Origin: Ignavibacteria bacterium
GTDB lineage: Bacteria; Bacteroidota; Ignavibacteria; Tepidaquicellales; OLB5
Direction of reading: 5' to 3'
Length of the DNA stretch: 24,000 nucleotides
Assembly: GCA_019912545.1 (NCBI GenBank)
Contig: JAIOIK010000080.1
Location: 8,666 to 32,665 of the forward strand
How positions within the stretch are numbered: the stretch's first letter is position 1; the number at the start of each line of letters is the position of its first letter. Position numbers and translations under genes: made by a program. The notes under the pieces are model-generated. The model worked only from the letters and a program-made list of their open reading frames with translations, did not search any database and was not told the DNA's origin. This document shows positions 7,937-16,070 of the stretch, one piece after another.

Positions 7937-9273
7937 GGCTTATCCCTGTACATAAGCCTCGGGAAGGGAATAGCTTCACGCAAATGGTCAAGTTTGCAGA
8001 TCCAGCTTACAACCCTTTCAATGCCCATACCAAATCCGGAGTGCGGAACGCTGCCAAAGCGGCGGAGATCCAGATACCACTGAAACGCATCCATAGGCAG
8101 ATTATGTTCCTTAATTCTTGAAGTTAACAGTTCAAGGTCATCTTCACGCTCACTGCCGCCAACTATTTCGCCATATCCTTCCGGTGCCAATACATCAACT
8201 CCCCTTACAATTTTTGGATTATCCGGGTCTCGCTTCATGTAGAATGCCTTTGCTTCACTTGGCCAGCCGTAAACCATTACCGGCCTGTCGTAATCCTCAA
8301 CAACTGCTTCTTCATGCGGAGCGCCGAAATCCTCACCCCAGGGGAACGGCCTTATCTCTTCTTCACCGCCATCAGCTTTTTTGCGGATAAGCGGAACATT
8401 CTTTTTGTTTATGATATTCACCGCTTCATCATAAGTAATGCGCGGGAACGGTTTTTTGACAGCTTCAAGCTTGGATATATCGCGCTCAAGCACTGCAAGC
8501 TCTTTTGCGCGATTCTTGATAACACGCTCTACTATATATACAATAAAATCCTCGATGAGATCCATGTTATCGTAAATATCATAAAAAGCCATCTCGGGCT
8601 CGATCATCCAAAACTCGGTTAAATGCCTGCGTGTTTTGGATTTCTCCGCGCGGAAAGTTGGGCCGAAGTCATACACTTTGCCAAAAGCCATTGCGCCTGC
8701 TTCAGCGTAGAGCTGTCCGGTCTGAGCAAGATATACTTTGCCTAAGTCAAAATAATCTGATGAAAACAGTGTTGTTGTTCCCTCAGCGGCGTTTGGTGTA
8801 AATATTGGCGAATCAAAAAGCGTAAAGCCATTATCATACATGTAGTCTCGGCACGCTTTAATTATTTCTTCGCGTACTTTTAATATTGCGACCTGCTTTG
8901 GTGAGCGCACCCACAAGTGCCTGTGGTCGGCAAGGAATTCTACACCGTGATCTTTAGGTGTAATTGGATAAGGTTCAGCGATCTGAACGATCTGCAGATC
9001 CTTTACCTGAATCTCGTATTCATCTTTCTTTGGGTGTTTTGCCACAACTCCCGTAACTATGAGTGAAGATTCCTGTGTAAGTTTACCAAAATTTTCCCAA
9101 ACTTCTTGTGATACTTCTTTTTGTGATACAACTCCCTGTATTATGCCGCTTCCGTCACGAAACTGCGGAAACATAAGCTTTCCAGATGTGCGTATGTTGT
9201 AAAGCCAACCGTTTAGTGTGACTTCCTGGCCAACATAATCTGCAATTTTATCAATATAATAGCGTTTTTTCAA
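7933..9273 (-). CDS. asnS: Asparagine--tRNA ligase
   Basis: 446 aa, class II aaRS. OB-fold N-domain, motif 2 '[24 protein letters not shown]' (the EFWM.EPE.AF form is AsnRS-type), motif 3 '[10 protein letters not shown]' and 'IPFPR'. Confidence 0.9.
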   Translation of the reverse strand: MKKRYYIDKIADYVGQEVTLNGWLYNIRTSGKLMFPQFRDGSGIIQGVVSQKEVSQEVWENFGKLTQESSLIVTGVVAKHPKKDEYEIQVKDLQIVQIAEPYPITPKDHGVEFLADHRHLWVRSPKQVAILKVREEIIKACRDYMYDNGFTLFDSPIFTPNAAEGTTTLFSSDYFDLGKVYLAQTGQLYAEAGAMAFGKVYDFGPTFRAEKSKTRRHLTEFWMIEPEMAFYDIYDNMDLIEDFIVYIVERVIKNRAKELAVLERDISKLEAVKKPFPRITYDEAVNIINKKNVPLIRKKADGGEEEIRPFPWGEDFGAPHEEAVVEDYDRPVMVYGWPSEAKAFYMKRDPDNPKIVRGVDVLAPEGYGEIVGGSEREDDLELLTSRIKEHNLPMDAFQWYLDLRRFGSVPHSGFGMGIERVVSWICKLDHLREAIPFPRLMYRDKP

Positions 9274-9545
9274 CTTTTCTCCTGTGAAAAATTGGTTTTT
9301 CTGTGTTTAAACTGAAAGTTACCGAAAATTTGAAAGTGTTACAATGAACAAAGGTTGAGATAGATTGGAATCAGCAGTATTAGAATATAATGCAAAATTC
9401 AATAAGTTTTAAAAAAATATAAAATACTCAATAGTACTAGTACAAAAAAGTTAGAAAATTCGACAATCTGTACACTGTAAACAGTAGAAATTGAACCTGT
9501 ATATTTTTTCTCAAACGTATTATAATATAGGAAGGGGCACAATCC

Positions 9546-10253
9546 ATGCAGAGAAGAAATTTCATCAAAAAAGCATTATTTTCAAGTCTAGTTGCAGGCA
9601 GTCTTGATCTTCTGCGTTTCGATAAAGTCAATGCTGAAAAAGAAACTTTCGGCAAATGGAACATCAAAGAAGTTGAATATTTGTTAAGAGGGTTTGAAAA
9701 AGGTAGTTTCTATCTTGTGTACTTTTCGTCTTTCATAGACGCAAACGAATTCAACCGATTATACAGCTTAGATGGGAAATACTTCAATAAAGATATTTAT
9801 TATTATATCAATAACTGCATTGCAAAATACACTGCTCATTTGATTGGTGAGAATGACAATATTCGTTTCATCAGATATTCACAGAAAAACTCATTTGATA
9901 ACATGATTTACCAAAACAATAATAATGACGGTTATGACAAATTTTATGAAGAAAGAATTAGAATACAGGCTTCGAGATACAAAAACATTTTAAAAAGAAA
10001 TGAAACTATAGTTTATTTGTTTGACTACTGTGAATATAAATGGATAGAACCTTATGAATTCAGGTATTTTTTCAGAGAAGTAGAGAATATTCCAATGTAT
10101 ATTATCAACTTTACTTTTAAAGACTTTTGGTGTATAGTTGAAGATATATACAAACCATATTTAACAGCTAAAGTTAACATCTGTACACCGGATTATTTGG
10201 GATTTCAAACAGAGGTTAAATATGATATTTTGAATGATAAATTTATGGAATAA
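9546..10253 (+). CDS. Orphan protein with twin-arginine (Tat)-like signal peptide
   Basis: 235 aa. N-terminus 'MQRRNFIKKALFSSLVAGSL...KVNA/EKE' matches RRxF(L/I)K. SD-like GGAAGGGG lies 8 nt upstream of the ATG. The mature part is Tyr/Phe/Asn/Lys-rich and matches no family I recognise. Low-GC island. Confidence 0.55.
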   Translation: MQRRNFIKKALFSSLVAGSLDLLRFDKVNAEKETFGKWNIKEVEYLLRGFEKGSFYLVYFSSFIDANEFNRLYSLDGKYFNKDIYYYINNCIAKYTAHLIGENDNIRFIRYSQKNSFDNMIYQNNNNDGYDKFYEERIRIQASRYKNILKRNETIVYLFDYCEYKWIEPYEFRYFFREVENIPMYIINFTFKDFWCIVEDIYKPYLTAKVNICTPDYLGFQTEVKYDILNDKFME

Positions 10254-10287
10254 ATAAAAGTGGTTTCAAAAATCAGATTGGCGGTAT

Positions 10288-11178
10288 ATGCATAGAAATG
10301 AAAGATTCGAAACAGTGAATGGAATTCTTGGTTGGGGTAATTCAAAAGCTAGAATTGTACTATTTAGTTTACTTGAGGAACATGGAAGTTGGACAATCGA
10401 AGAAATTTTGAAAGAAGATATCAAAACTAATGAAGACTTGAAAAATTTAGCTTCTGAAAAGAATATTTCCTTTGAAAAGAAAATTGCCGATATTAATAGA
10501 AAACTAAAAGAATTAATGTTTGATGATATTGATACTATTCTAGACAAACAAATATTAGGTAAGATAAACTTATTAGATAACTTCGGAATAGAAGAATGCC
10601 TTCCCGTTGAGACCCCATATTCGCCAACCGCAGGTCTTCAATTTGAATTAACCTCGAAAGTATTATCAAATCGTCCAGATTTTTGTGTTTCCAATAACTG
10701 CTCGCAAAAATACTTCGGTACAAAATTAGGTAATTCAATATCCATAAATTTTTTTCCGTTGGGTCGAAATGACACAGAAAAGTTGGTTGAGGAATACCAT
10801 TATTTTTTTGGATTAAAAGAAGGTGAGAAATTCTTGAACATTGCGTCATCAGAATCCAGAATGGTCAAAATAAAAACTCTACTCGATGTAAAAATTCAAA
10901 AAGGAAGCTATATTTTCATTTTTGGCCGCAAAAGAGTTAACTACAAAAACAATTATGCGAATAGACTATATTGGAAGACTTATTTGGAAGAATTAGGCAA
11001 TGAATTTGTTGAGTATAGTTATCGTAAGGACTCATTTTTTGTTAACTCTTCGAAAACAATTTTTCTACTACCAACAGCTTCCCCGCGTAACATTAATCGA
11101 TTTCCAAAGCAAGAAGATATTCCTAAGTTTTTTGAACCTGAAAACCATTTTACACCTGTTAAATCAAACAACCAATAA
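10288..11178 (+). CDS. Orphan protein: N-terminal wHTH-like segment plus C-terminal region with degenerate UDG-superfamily-like motifs
   Basis: 296 aa. ATG 10288 is the first possible start (the frame opens after a TAA at 10255-10257). 'SKARIVLFSLLEEHGSWTIEEILKE' looks wHTH-like. 'SYIFIFG...ANRLYWKTYLEELG' and 'IFLLPTASPRN' resemble UDG-fold motifs. The product call is tentative; the coding call is firmer. Confidence 0.55.
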   Translation: MHRNERFETVNGILGWGNSKARIVLFSLLEEHGSWTIEEILKEDIKTNEDLKNLASEKNISFEKKIADINRKLKELMFDDIDTILDKQILGKINLLDNFGIEECLPVETPYSPTAGLQFELTSKVLSNRPDFCVSNNCSQKYFGTKLGNSISINFFPLGRNDTEKLVEEYHYFFGLKEGEKFLNIASSESRMVKIKTLLDVKIQKGSYIFIFGRKRVNYKNNYANRLYWKTYLEELGNEFVEYSYRKDSFFVNSSKTIFLLPTASPRNINRFPKQEDIPKFFEPENHFTPVKSNNQ

Positions 11179-11197
11179 ATTAATCCGCAATCCGAAA

Positions 11198-11833
11198 TCA
11201 CTTCTTCACCGGTCTTCTGACTACATAACTTCCGCTAATCTTATACTTACCATAGATAACGTTATTCTTTATATTATCTCCGTTATCCTTCTGGCTTGTG
11301 CCTGCCCACCATGCCATGCAGTATGTATCTTTTTTGCTCTTTACAAATGATTCAAATATAATCACGTGCCCTTTCCATACAATAAGATCACCTTTTTGCG
11401 CAGATGAAATATCCTGAACACCCACAACAGGCAGTATCTCCTTGAATTTCTCAGTATCTACGAGATCGCGGCATAAAGCATTTTCAGTTGGAGTCTTAAA
11501 CCCTGATTTATACAGAACGTTGAGTGCAAATATATTACACTTCGTCGAACCTTTTAGGAGAGCCAGGCGGTTATTCAGCCAGTAAAGATAAGTTGTATCT
11601 TTTTTTGGAGAGTACATTTCTCTTTCGCGCTCGGTCTTTGCAATTGTCATTATGTTCGCGCCGTCGGCTTCGCCAACCTCTTCAGTAACTTCCTTATTCT
11701 CTTCTTTATTTTCTTCAGTCGTTTCAGTTGTTTCAGTGTTATCCTCTTCAGTACGCGAGGCGGGAAAACAGCCTGTTAGATAAAGACTGAATGAAACAAG
11801 TAACGCTAAGTATAATAATTTTCTATTTTTCAT
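11198..11833 (-). CDS. Lipoprotein with NlpC/P60-like (papain-fold Cys/His) domain and acidic linker
   Basis: 211 aa. Lipobox 'LYLTGC' and an acidic low-complexity linker 'EEDNTETTETTEENKEENKEVTEEVGE'. 'STKCNIFALNVLYKSGF' followed by 'QKGDLIVWKGHVIIFES' fits the Cys...GDL...H pattern of NlpC/P60/CHAP amidases. Confidence 0.5.
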   Translation of the reverse strand: MKNRKLLYLALLVSFSLYLTGCFPASRTEEDNTETTETTEENKEENKEVTEEVGEADGANIMTIAKTEREREMYSPKKDTTYLYWLNNRLALLKGSTKCNIFALNVLYKSGFKTPTENALCRDLVDTEKFKEILPVVGVQDISSAQKGDLIVWKGHVIIFESFVKSKKDTYCMAWWAGTSQKDNGDNIKNNVIYGKYKISGSYVVRRPVKK

Positions 11834-11976
11834 AACCCATATATTTATATAAGCTATGCTAAAATAACCTAATGTTACTATTTAAACAATTGATTTTTAT
11901 ACCGTGATTGGGGGATTATTGGAAACTACCTGAAAATACTAAAATTTTGATAAAACTAACGATTATCGAATACAAA

Positions 11977-13056
11977 TTATTCTATAAAAGGCAAAAATGC
12001 CTTCAGAAAATCATCCGGGCTGCGGTTTGACTGAGTATTATAGAAGACAATTGCTGTAGTATTGGTGGCCGGCGAATGGACTGATACATTGTGAAATCCG
12101 GGGTAAGAGCCGTTATGCCCGAAATACCCTGTACCAACTTCAAAGATTCCGAATCCGTATTTAATGCCGGGTTTATCAAGTCCCCATTTTAATCTTTCTT
12201 CCTGTGTTTCTTTGCTTAAGAGTGTTCCTTCTGTCAAAGCTTTGAGATAGATCTTAAGATCACCAAGCGTTGAAACAATTGCGCCCGCAGCCCATGCCCA
12301 AGACGGGTCGTATTTTTCCGTCACATCAACCAGCGGATAGACCCAGGTATTATCGTCTTCATCATATCCGCGGGGATAGAACCCTGATATTTCAGGAACT
12401 GCAGGAAAGTCTGTTTCTTTCATTCCAAGTTTATCAATGATACGCACTTTGATCTCATTTGCAAGAGTGTTACCTGTCAATTTTTCAATTATCAGCCCAA
12501 GCATAATAGTATTAGTATTGCTGTAATGCCATCCTTTGCCGGGCTCAAAATATGTTCCGTTTCTAACGGATAGATCAATAAGCTCCTGCGGCGTCCATTT
12601 TTTAAGCGGCAGGGCAAGCATCATATCATTAAAATCTGTTCCTTCGCTGTAATTCTTCAATCCGCTCGTCATATCGCCAAGCATACGTACTGTTATACTT
12701 TTCGCATTCGGAATATCGGGAAAGAATCTCTCGATTGATTCATCAAGCTTTAGTTTCTTCTCGTCAACAAGCTGTAGCAGTACAGTTGCTGTGAATGTCT
12801 TGGTCAGGCTTCCGATTCTGAACCTCATTTTAAGATCCATTGGCTCTTTGGTCTCTATATTAGCAAGTCCTTTGGCTTTTTCGTAGATAACCTTCTCTCC
12901 CCGTGTAATGCTTATAAGCATTCCGGGCTGAAGTGCAGTGGTTAACATTGAATCAGAAAAAGCCTCGATAAACGATATCAGCTTCTCATTTTGAGAATGT
13001 ACCGGTAGAGCTGCAAGTAATATTGCAAAAAGGAATACTATACAGGACTTTTTCAT
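11977..13056 (-). CDS. Serine hydrolase, beta-lactamase / DD-peptidase (class C-like) family
   Basis: 359 aa. Signal peptide, SxxK 'SLTKTF', YxN 'YSNTN', and 'HNGSYPGF' (H/KxG box). Confidence 0.85.
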   Translation of the reverse strand: MKKSCIVFLFAILLAALPVHSQNEKLISFIEAFSDSMLTTALQPGMLISITRGEKVIYEKAKGLANIETKEPMDLKMRFRIGSLTKTFTATVLLQLVDEKKLKLDESIERFFPDIPNAKSITVRMLGDMTSGLKNYSEGTDFNDMMLALPLKKWTPQELIDLSVRNGTYFEPGKGWHYSNTNTIMLGLIIEKLTGNTLANEIKVRIIDKLGMKETDFPAVPEISGFYPRGYDEDDNTWVYPLVDVTEKYDPSWAWAAGAIVSTLGDLKIYLKALTEGTLLSKETQEERLKWGLDKPGIKYGFGIFEVGTGYFGHNGSYPGFHNVSVHSPATNTTAIVFYNTQSNRSPDDFLKAFLPFIE

Positions 13057-13192
13057 ACGAACTTGAATTTATTTGATTTGTATAAGCAAAATAAGGATTT
13101 ATTTTTTTTAAGCAAAACCGCAGTTTTTGAAAGTGAAATAAATTAGTAATGTTAAATCCATGATTCAAAACATCATATTATATAGACTTCAT

Positions 13193-13351
13193 TTAACTGC
13201 ATTCGGTTTCCCACTGATTATCCTGAATAACGAAAATTTTCGTTTTCAAAATCACTTTTGTATCATCTTCCAACAAAATCTGTTCAATATCTTTCTGTTC
13301 TATATCGCTCACATATTCAATATGTGATAAATCCACATTCTTTTCAGCCAT
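13193..13351 (-). CDS. Possible 52-aa acidic small ORF trailing TA-like module 2
   Basis: Below the ORF-track cutoff; translated by hand as MAEKNVDLSHIEYVSDIEQKDIEQILLEDDTKVILKTKIFVIQDNQWETECS. The ATG (13351) lies 3 nt after the DUF2283-like stop and is preceded by AAGGAATTAGGAT. No homology recognised. Confidence 0.3.
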   Translation of the reverse strand: MAEKNVDLSHIEYVSDIEQKDIEQILLEDDTKVILKTKIFVIQDNQWETECS

Positions 13352-13354
13352 ATC

Positions 13355-13609
13355 CTAATTCCTTGATAAGATCTGTTCTTCCATGTCTTTCCTTGCCAGC
13401 GAAAAATTCAGTATAGTAAATCCTGTTATCGCCCCTGAGACAGGATTAAACCTTATCAGAAGATCTTCCCCCATATCCAGCGTTTCGCTCGATTCGGGTT
13501 TGCCGAAAGAAACGTATAAAACATCTGCTTTCTTGTCATAGTTACTTTTTACCGTTTTATTGTTCGGTATTTTGACAATTTCTTCCTTCTTTTTTATTAC
13601 TTTTTCCAT
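13355..13609 (-). CDS. DUF2283-like small protein (antitoxin-like partner), copy 2
   Basis: 84 aa. 'NYDKKADVLYVSFGKP...EDLLIRFN...GAITGFTILN'. Confidence 0.65.
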   Translation of the reverse strand: MEKVIKKKEEIVKIPNNKTVKSNYDKKADVLYVSFGKPESSETLDMGEDLLIRFNPVSGAITGFTILNFSLARKDMEEQILSRN

Positions 13610-13905
13610 ACCAGTTTTCTTTTAAATGATGGTCTTCTTGTGAAGTAACTTGTAATTACAAATCCCTCTTGACCACTTATTTTATAAACCACTACACAAT
13701 ATTTATTATGAGAAATTGGTGTCTTTGCATATCTCTTAACTGCCAACAATTCAAAATTGTTGCCGGCTTGAACAAAATCCGGCTTTGATAATGATTCTGC
13801 AATATAAGTCAATTCTTTCTTAGTTTCAGGATGATTTTCATTAATATGTTTCCATCTTTCCTTTTCCAAACGGATCTTTCGTTTTTTATAATCCAATATC
13901 AGCAT
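13597..13905 (-). CDS. 102-aa toxin-like small protein, copy 2 (family uncertain)
   Basis: Contains 'KIRLEKERWKHINENHPE...KPDFVQ...ELLAVK...GFVITSYF...RKLVWKK'. Overlaps its partner by 13 nt, as in copy 1. Confidence 0.5.
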   Translation of the reverse strand: MLILDYKKRKIRLEKERWKHINENHPETKKELTYIAESLSKPDFVQAGNNFELLAVKRYAKTPISHNKYCVVVYKISGQEGFVITSYFTRRPSFKRKLVWKK

Positions 13906-13940
13906 ACAATCTAAAATAATCAGAAAAATTTTAAATTAAA

Positions 13941-13968
13941 AAGCCATCCCGAGTTTCCGGAATGGCTT
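13941..13968 (-). terminator. Rho-independent terminator of dnaK
   Basis: The minus strand reads AAGCCATTCCG-GAAACT-CGGGATGGCTT. This is an 11-bp stem including one G.U, followed by TTTTTAATTT. Confidence 0.7.
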
Positions 13969-14051
13969 ATTTTGCTTTAATGGAGAATATATGATATTAA
14001 AGCTATGGGTAATACAAGTTTTTTACTTTTGCCTTTTCACTTTTTTCTTGA

Positions 14052-15998
14052 TTATTTCTTGTCATCGTCTATCACTTCAAAATCAGCGTTTTCAACTTTT
14101 TTATCTTCTCCGCTTCCTGCATCACTTTCGGTACTTCCTGTCTGTGAGCCTGCGCCGGGCTGTCCTTCAGAACCGGGAGCCCCTGTAGCCTGGCTGTACA
14201 TCTGTGTAGATGCTTCGTTCCATGCTGCATTAACAGCTTCCATAGAGGACTTGATCTCATCTGTGCTTGTACCCTTAACTGATTCTTTAAGCCTGCCAAG
14301 CGCTGTTTCGATTTTCATCTTCATATCTGCAGTAAGCTTCTCGCCGAATTCCTTAAGCTGTTTCTCGGTTTGGAAGATCAGGCTATCTGCATGGTTCTTG
14401 GTATCAACTTCTTCGCGTTTGCGTTTATCATCGCCTTCATGTTCTTTTGCATCTTTTCTCATCTTCTCAATTTCGGCATCGGAGAGTCCGCTTGAATGAG
14501 TAATCTTAATAGACTGCTCTTTCCCCGAAGCCTTATCCTTTGCGCCTACGTGTAAAATTCCGTTAGCATCAATATCAAAAGTTACTTCAATCTGCGGTAT
14601 GCCGCGCTGTGCAGGAGGAATTCCGTCTAAATGGAATCTTCCAAGCGTACGGTTATCGTTTGCCATGGGGCGCTCTCCCTGAAGAATATGAATTTCAACA
14701 GAAGGCTGATTATCAGCTGCTGTTGAGTATACTTCGGTTTTCTTTGTTGGTATAGTAGTGTTGGCATCGATCATTTTTGTCATTACTCCGCCAAGAGTTT
14801 CTATTCCAAGCGAAAGAGGCGTAACGTCAAGCAATAGTACATCTTTAACATCGCCGGTTAAAACGCCGCCCTGGATAGCTGCGCCGATTGCAACAACTTC
14901 ATCAGGATTAACGCCTTTATGCGGCTCTTTTTTAAAAAAGTTTTTTACAGCTTCCTGAACTTTAGGAATTCTTGTTGAACCACCGACAAGAATTACTTCG
15001 TCTATCTGGTCAACCGTGAAACCGGAATCCTGAAGCGCTTTTTTACAGGGCTCCATTGTTCTTTGTATCAGGTCATCAACTAATTTCTCGAATGTAACTC
15101 TTGTTATAGTCATATCAAGATGTTTCGGTCCGTCTGTGCCAATTGTTATATATGGAAGTTTAACATCGGCCTGCGTTTGCTGCGAAAGATCGCATTTTGC
15201 TCTTTCGGCTTCAACCTTCAATCTTTGTAATGCCATCGGGTCTTTCCTTAAATCAATTCCTTCATTCTTCTGGAATTCGTCCGCCATGTAATTCATCAAT
15301 CTCTGATCGAAGTCATCGCCGCCTAAGTGAGTATCACCATTAGATGATTTTACCTGGAAATTTCCGGTTCCTTCTATCTCGTAAAGCTCTAATATAGATA
15401 TATCAAAAGTACCGCCTCCAAGATCATAAACGGCTACTTTTTCATCCTTTTTGTTCTTGTCAAGTCCGTATGCTAGCGCTGCTGCAGTAGGCTCGTTGAT
15501 AATTCTTCTTACTTCAAGCCCTGCGATCTTCCCTGCATCGGTTGTTGCCTGACGCTGTGCATCGTTAAAATAAGCCGGTACCGTAATAACCGCTTCGGTT
15601 ACTTTCTGCCCCAGGTAGTCTTCTGCTGTCTGCTTCATTTTCTGAAGTATCATCGCAGAGATCTCGGGGGGTGAGTAAACCCTGTCGCCGATTTCAACTC
15701 TTGCAGTATCGTTTTCGCCCTTTATGACTTTATATGATACCTTTGATGCTTCGTCTCTGATTTCATCATATCTCCTGCCCATAAATCTCTTTATGGAGGA
15801 AACTGTGTTGTGCGGATTGGTAACGGACTGCCTTTTGGCTGCCTGCCCCACAAGGCGCTCGCCGCCTTTGGTAAAGGCAACAACCGAAGGTGTTGTCCTG
15901 TGCCCTTCCGCATTAGGAATTACAACAGGGTCATTGCCTTCCATTACGGCAACAACAGAGTTGGTGGTTCCTAAATCGATTCCGATAATTTTTCCCAT
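14052..15998 (-). CDS. dnaK: Molecular chaperone DnaK (Hsp70)
   Basis: 648 aa. 'GIDLGTTNS', 'DLGGGTFD', '[11 protein letters not shown]', and a full substrate-binding domain and lid. Confidence 0.97.
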   Translation of the reverse strand: MGKIIGIDLGTTNSVVAVMEGNDPVVIPNAEGHRTTPSVVAFTKGGERLVGQAAKRQSVTNPHNTVSSIKRFMGRRYDEIRDEASKVSYKVIKGENDTARVEIGDRVYSPPEISAMILQKMKQTAEDYLGQKVTEAVITVPAYFNDAQRQATTDAGKIAGLEVRRIINEPTAAALAYGLDKNKKDEKVAVYDLGGGTFDISILELYEIEGTGNFQVKSSNGDTHLGGDDFDQRLMNYMADEFQKNEGIDLRKDPMALQRLKVEAERAKCDLSQQTQADVKLPYITIGTDGPKHLDMTITRVTFEKLVDDLIQRTMEPCKKALQDSGFTVDQIDEVILVGGSTRIPKVQEAVKNFFKKEPHKGVNPDEVVAIGAAIQGGVLTGDVKDVLLLDVTPLSLGIETLGGVMTKMIDANTTIPTKKTEVYSTAADNQPSVEIHILQGERPMANDNRTLGRFHLDGIPPAQRGIPQIEVTFDIDANGILHVGAKDKASGKEQSIKITHSSGLSDAEIEKMRKDAKEHEGDDKRKREEVDTKNHADSLIFQTEKQLKEFGEKLTADMKMKIETALGRLKESVKGTSTDEIKSSMEAVNAAWNEASTQMYSQATGAPGSEGQPGAGSQTGSTESDAGSGEDKKVENADFEVIDDDKK

Positions 15999-16070
15999 AG
16001 TGTTTTTTTTCCTTTTTTAATTTTGAACGAAGCGAAGACTCCATTATCCTTACTTCCTGTTCATTTTTAT

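Noticed and set aside
9437-9667. 76-aa minus-strand ORF spanning the island promoter and the start of the Tat-signal gene
   Set aside because: It overlaps the better-supported plus-strand gene start, has no SD and is of low complexity. It is probably an AT-rich chance ORF.
10266-10849. Two minus-strand ORFs (93 and 104 aa) antisense to the 296-aa island gene
   Set aside because: Their Ser/Ile/Phe/Leu-rich composition is typical of antisense frames in AT-rich DNA. The plus-strand frame is longer and has structured motifs.
11690-11760. Nucleotide tandem repeat (GTTTCAGTT GTTTCAGTG and a TTCTT-rich run)
   Set aside because: It is simply the coding sequence of the acidic TETTETTEENKEENKE linker of the lipoprotein, not an independent repeat element.
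12986-13168. 60-aa minus-strand ORF upstream of and overlapping the serine hydrolase start
   Set aside because: It overlaps the signal-peptide region out of frame and has no motifs. It is probably spurious.
14005-14499. 164-aa plus-strand ORF (and 13991-14188, 14072-14299, 14758-14958, 15724-16020) overlapping dnaK
   Set aside because: These are Ser/Leu/Phe-rich shadow ORFs antisense to, or out of frame with, an unmistakable dnaK. There is no independent start context or recognisable domain.
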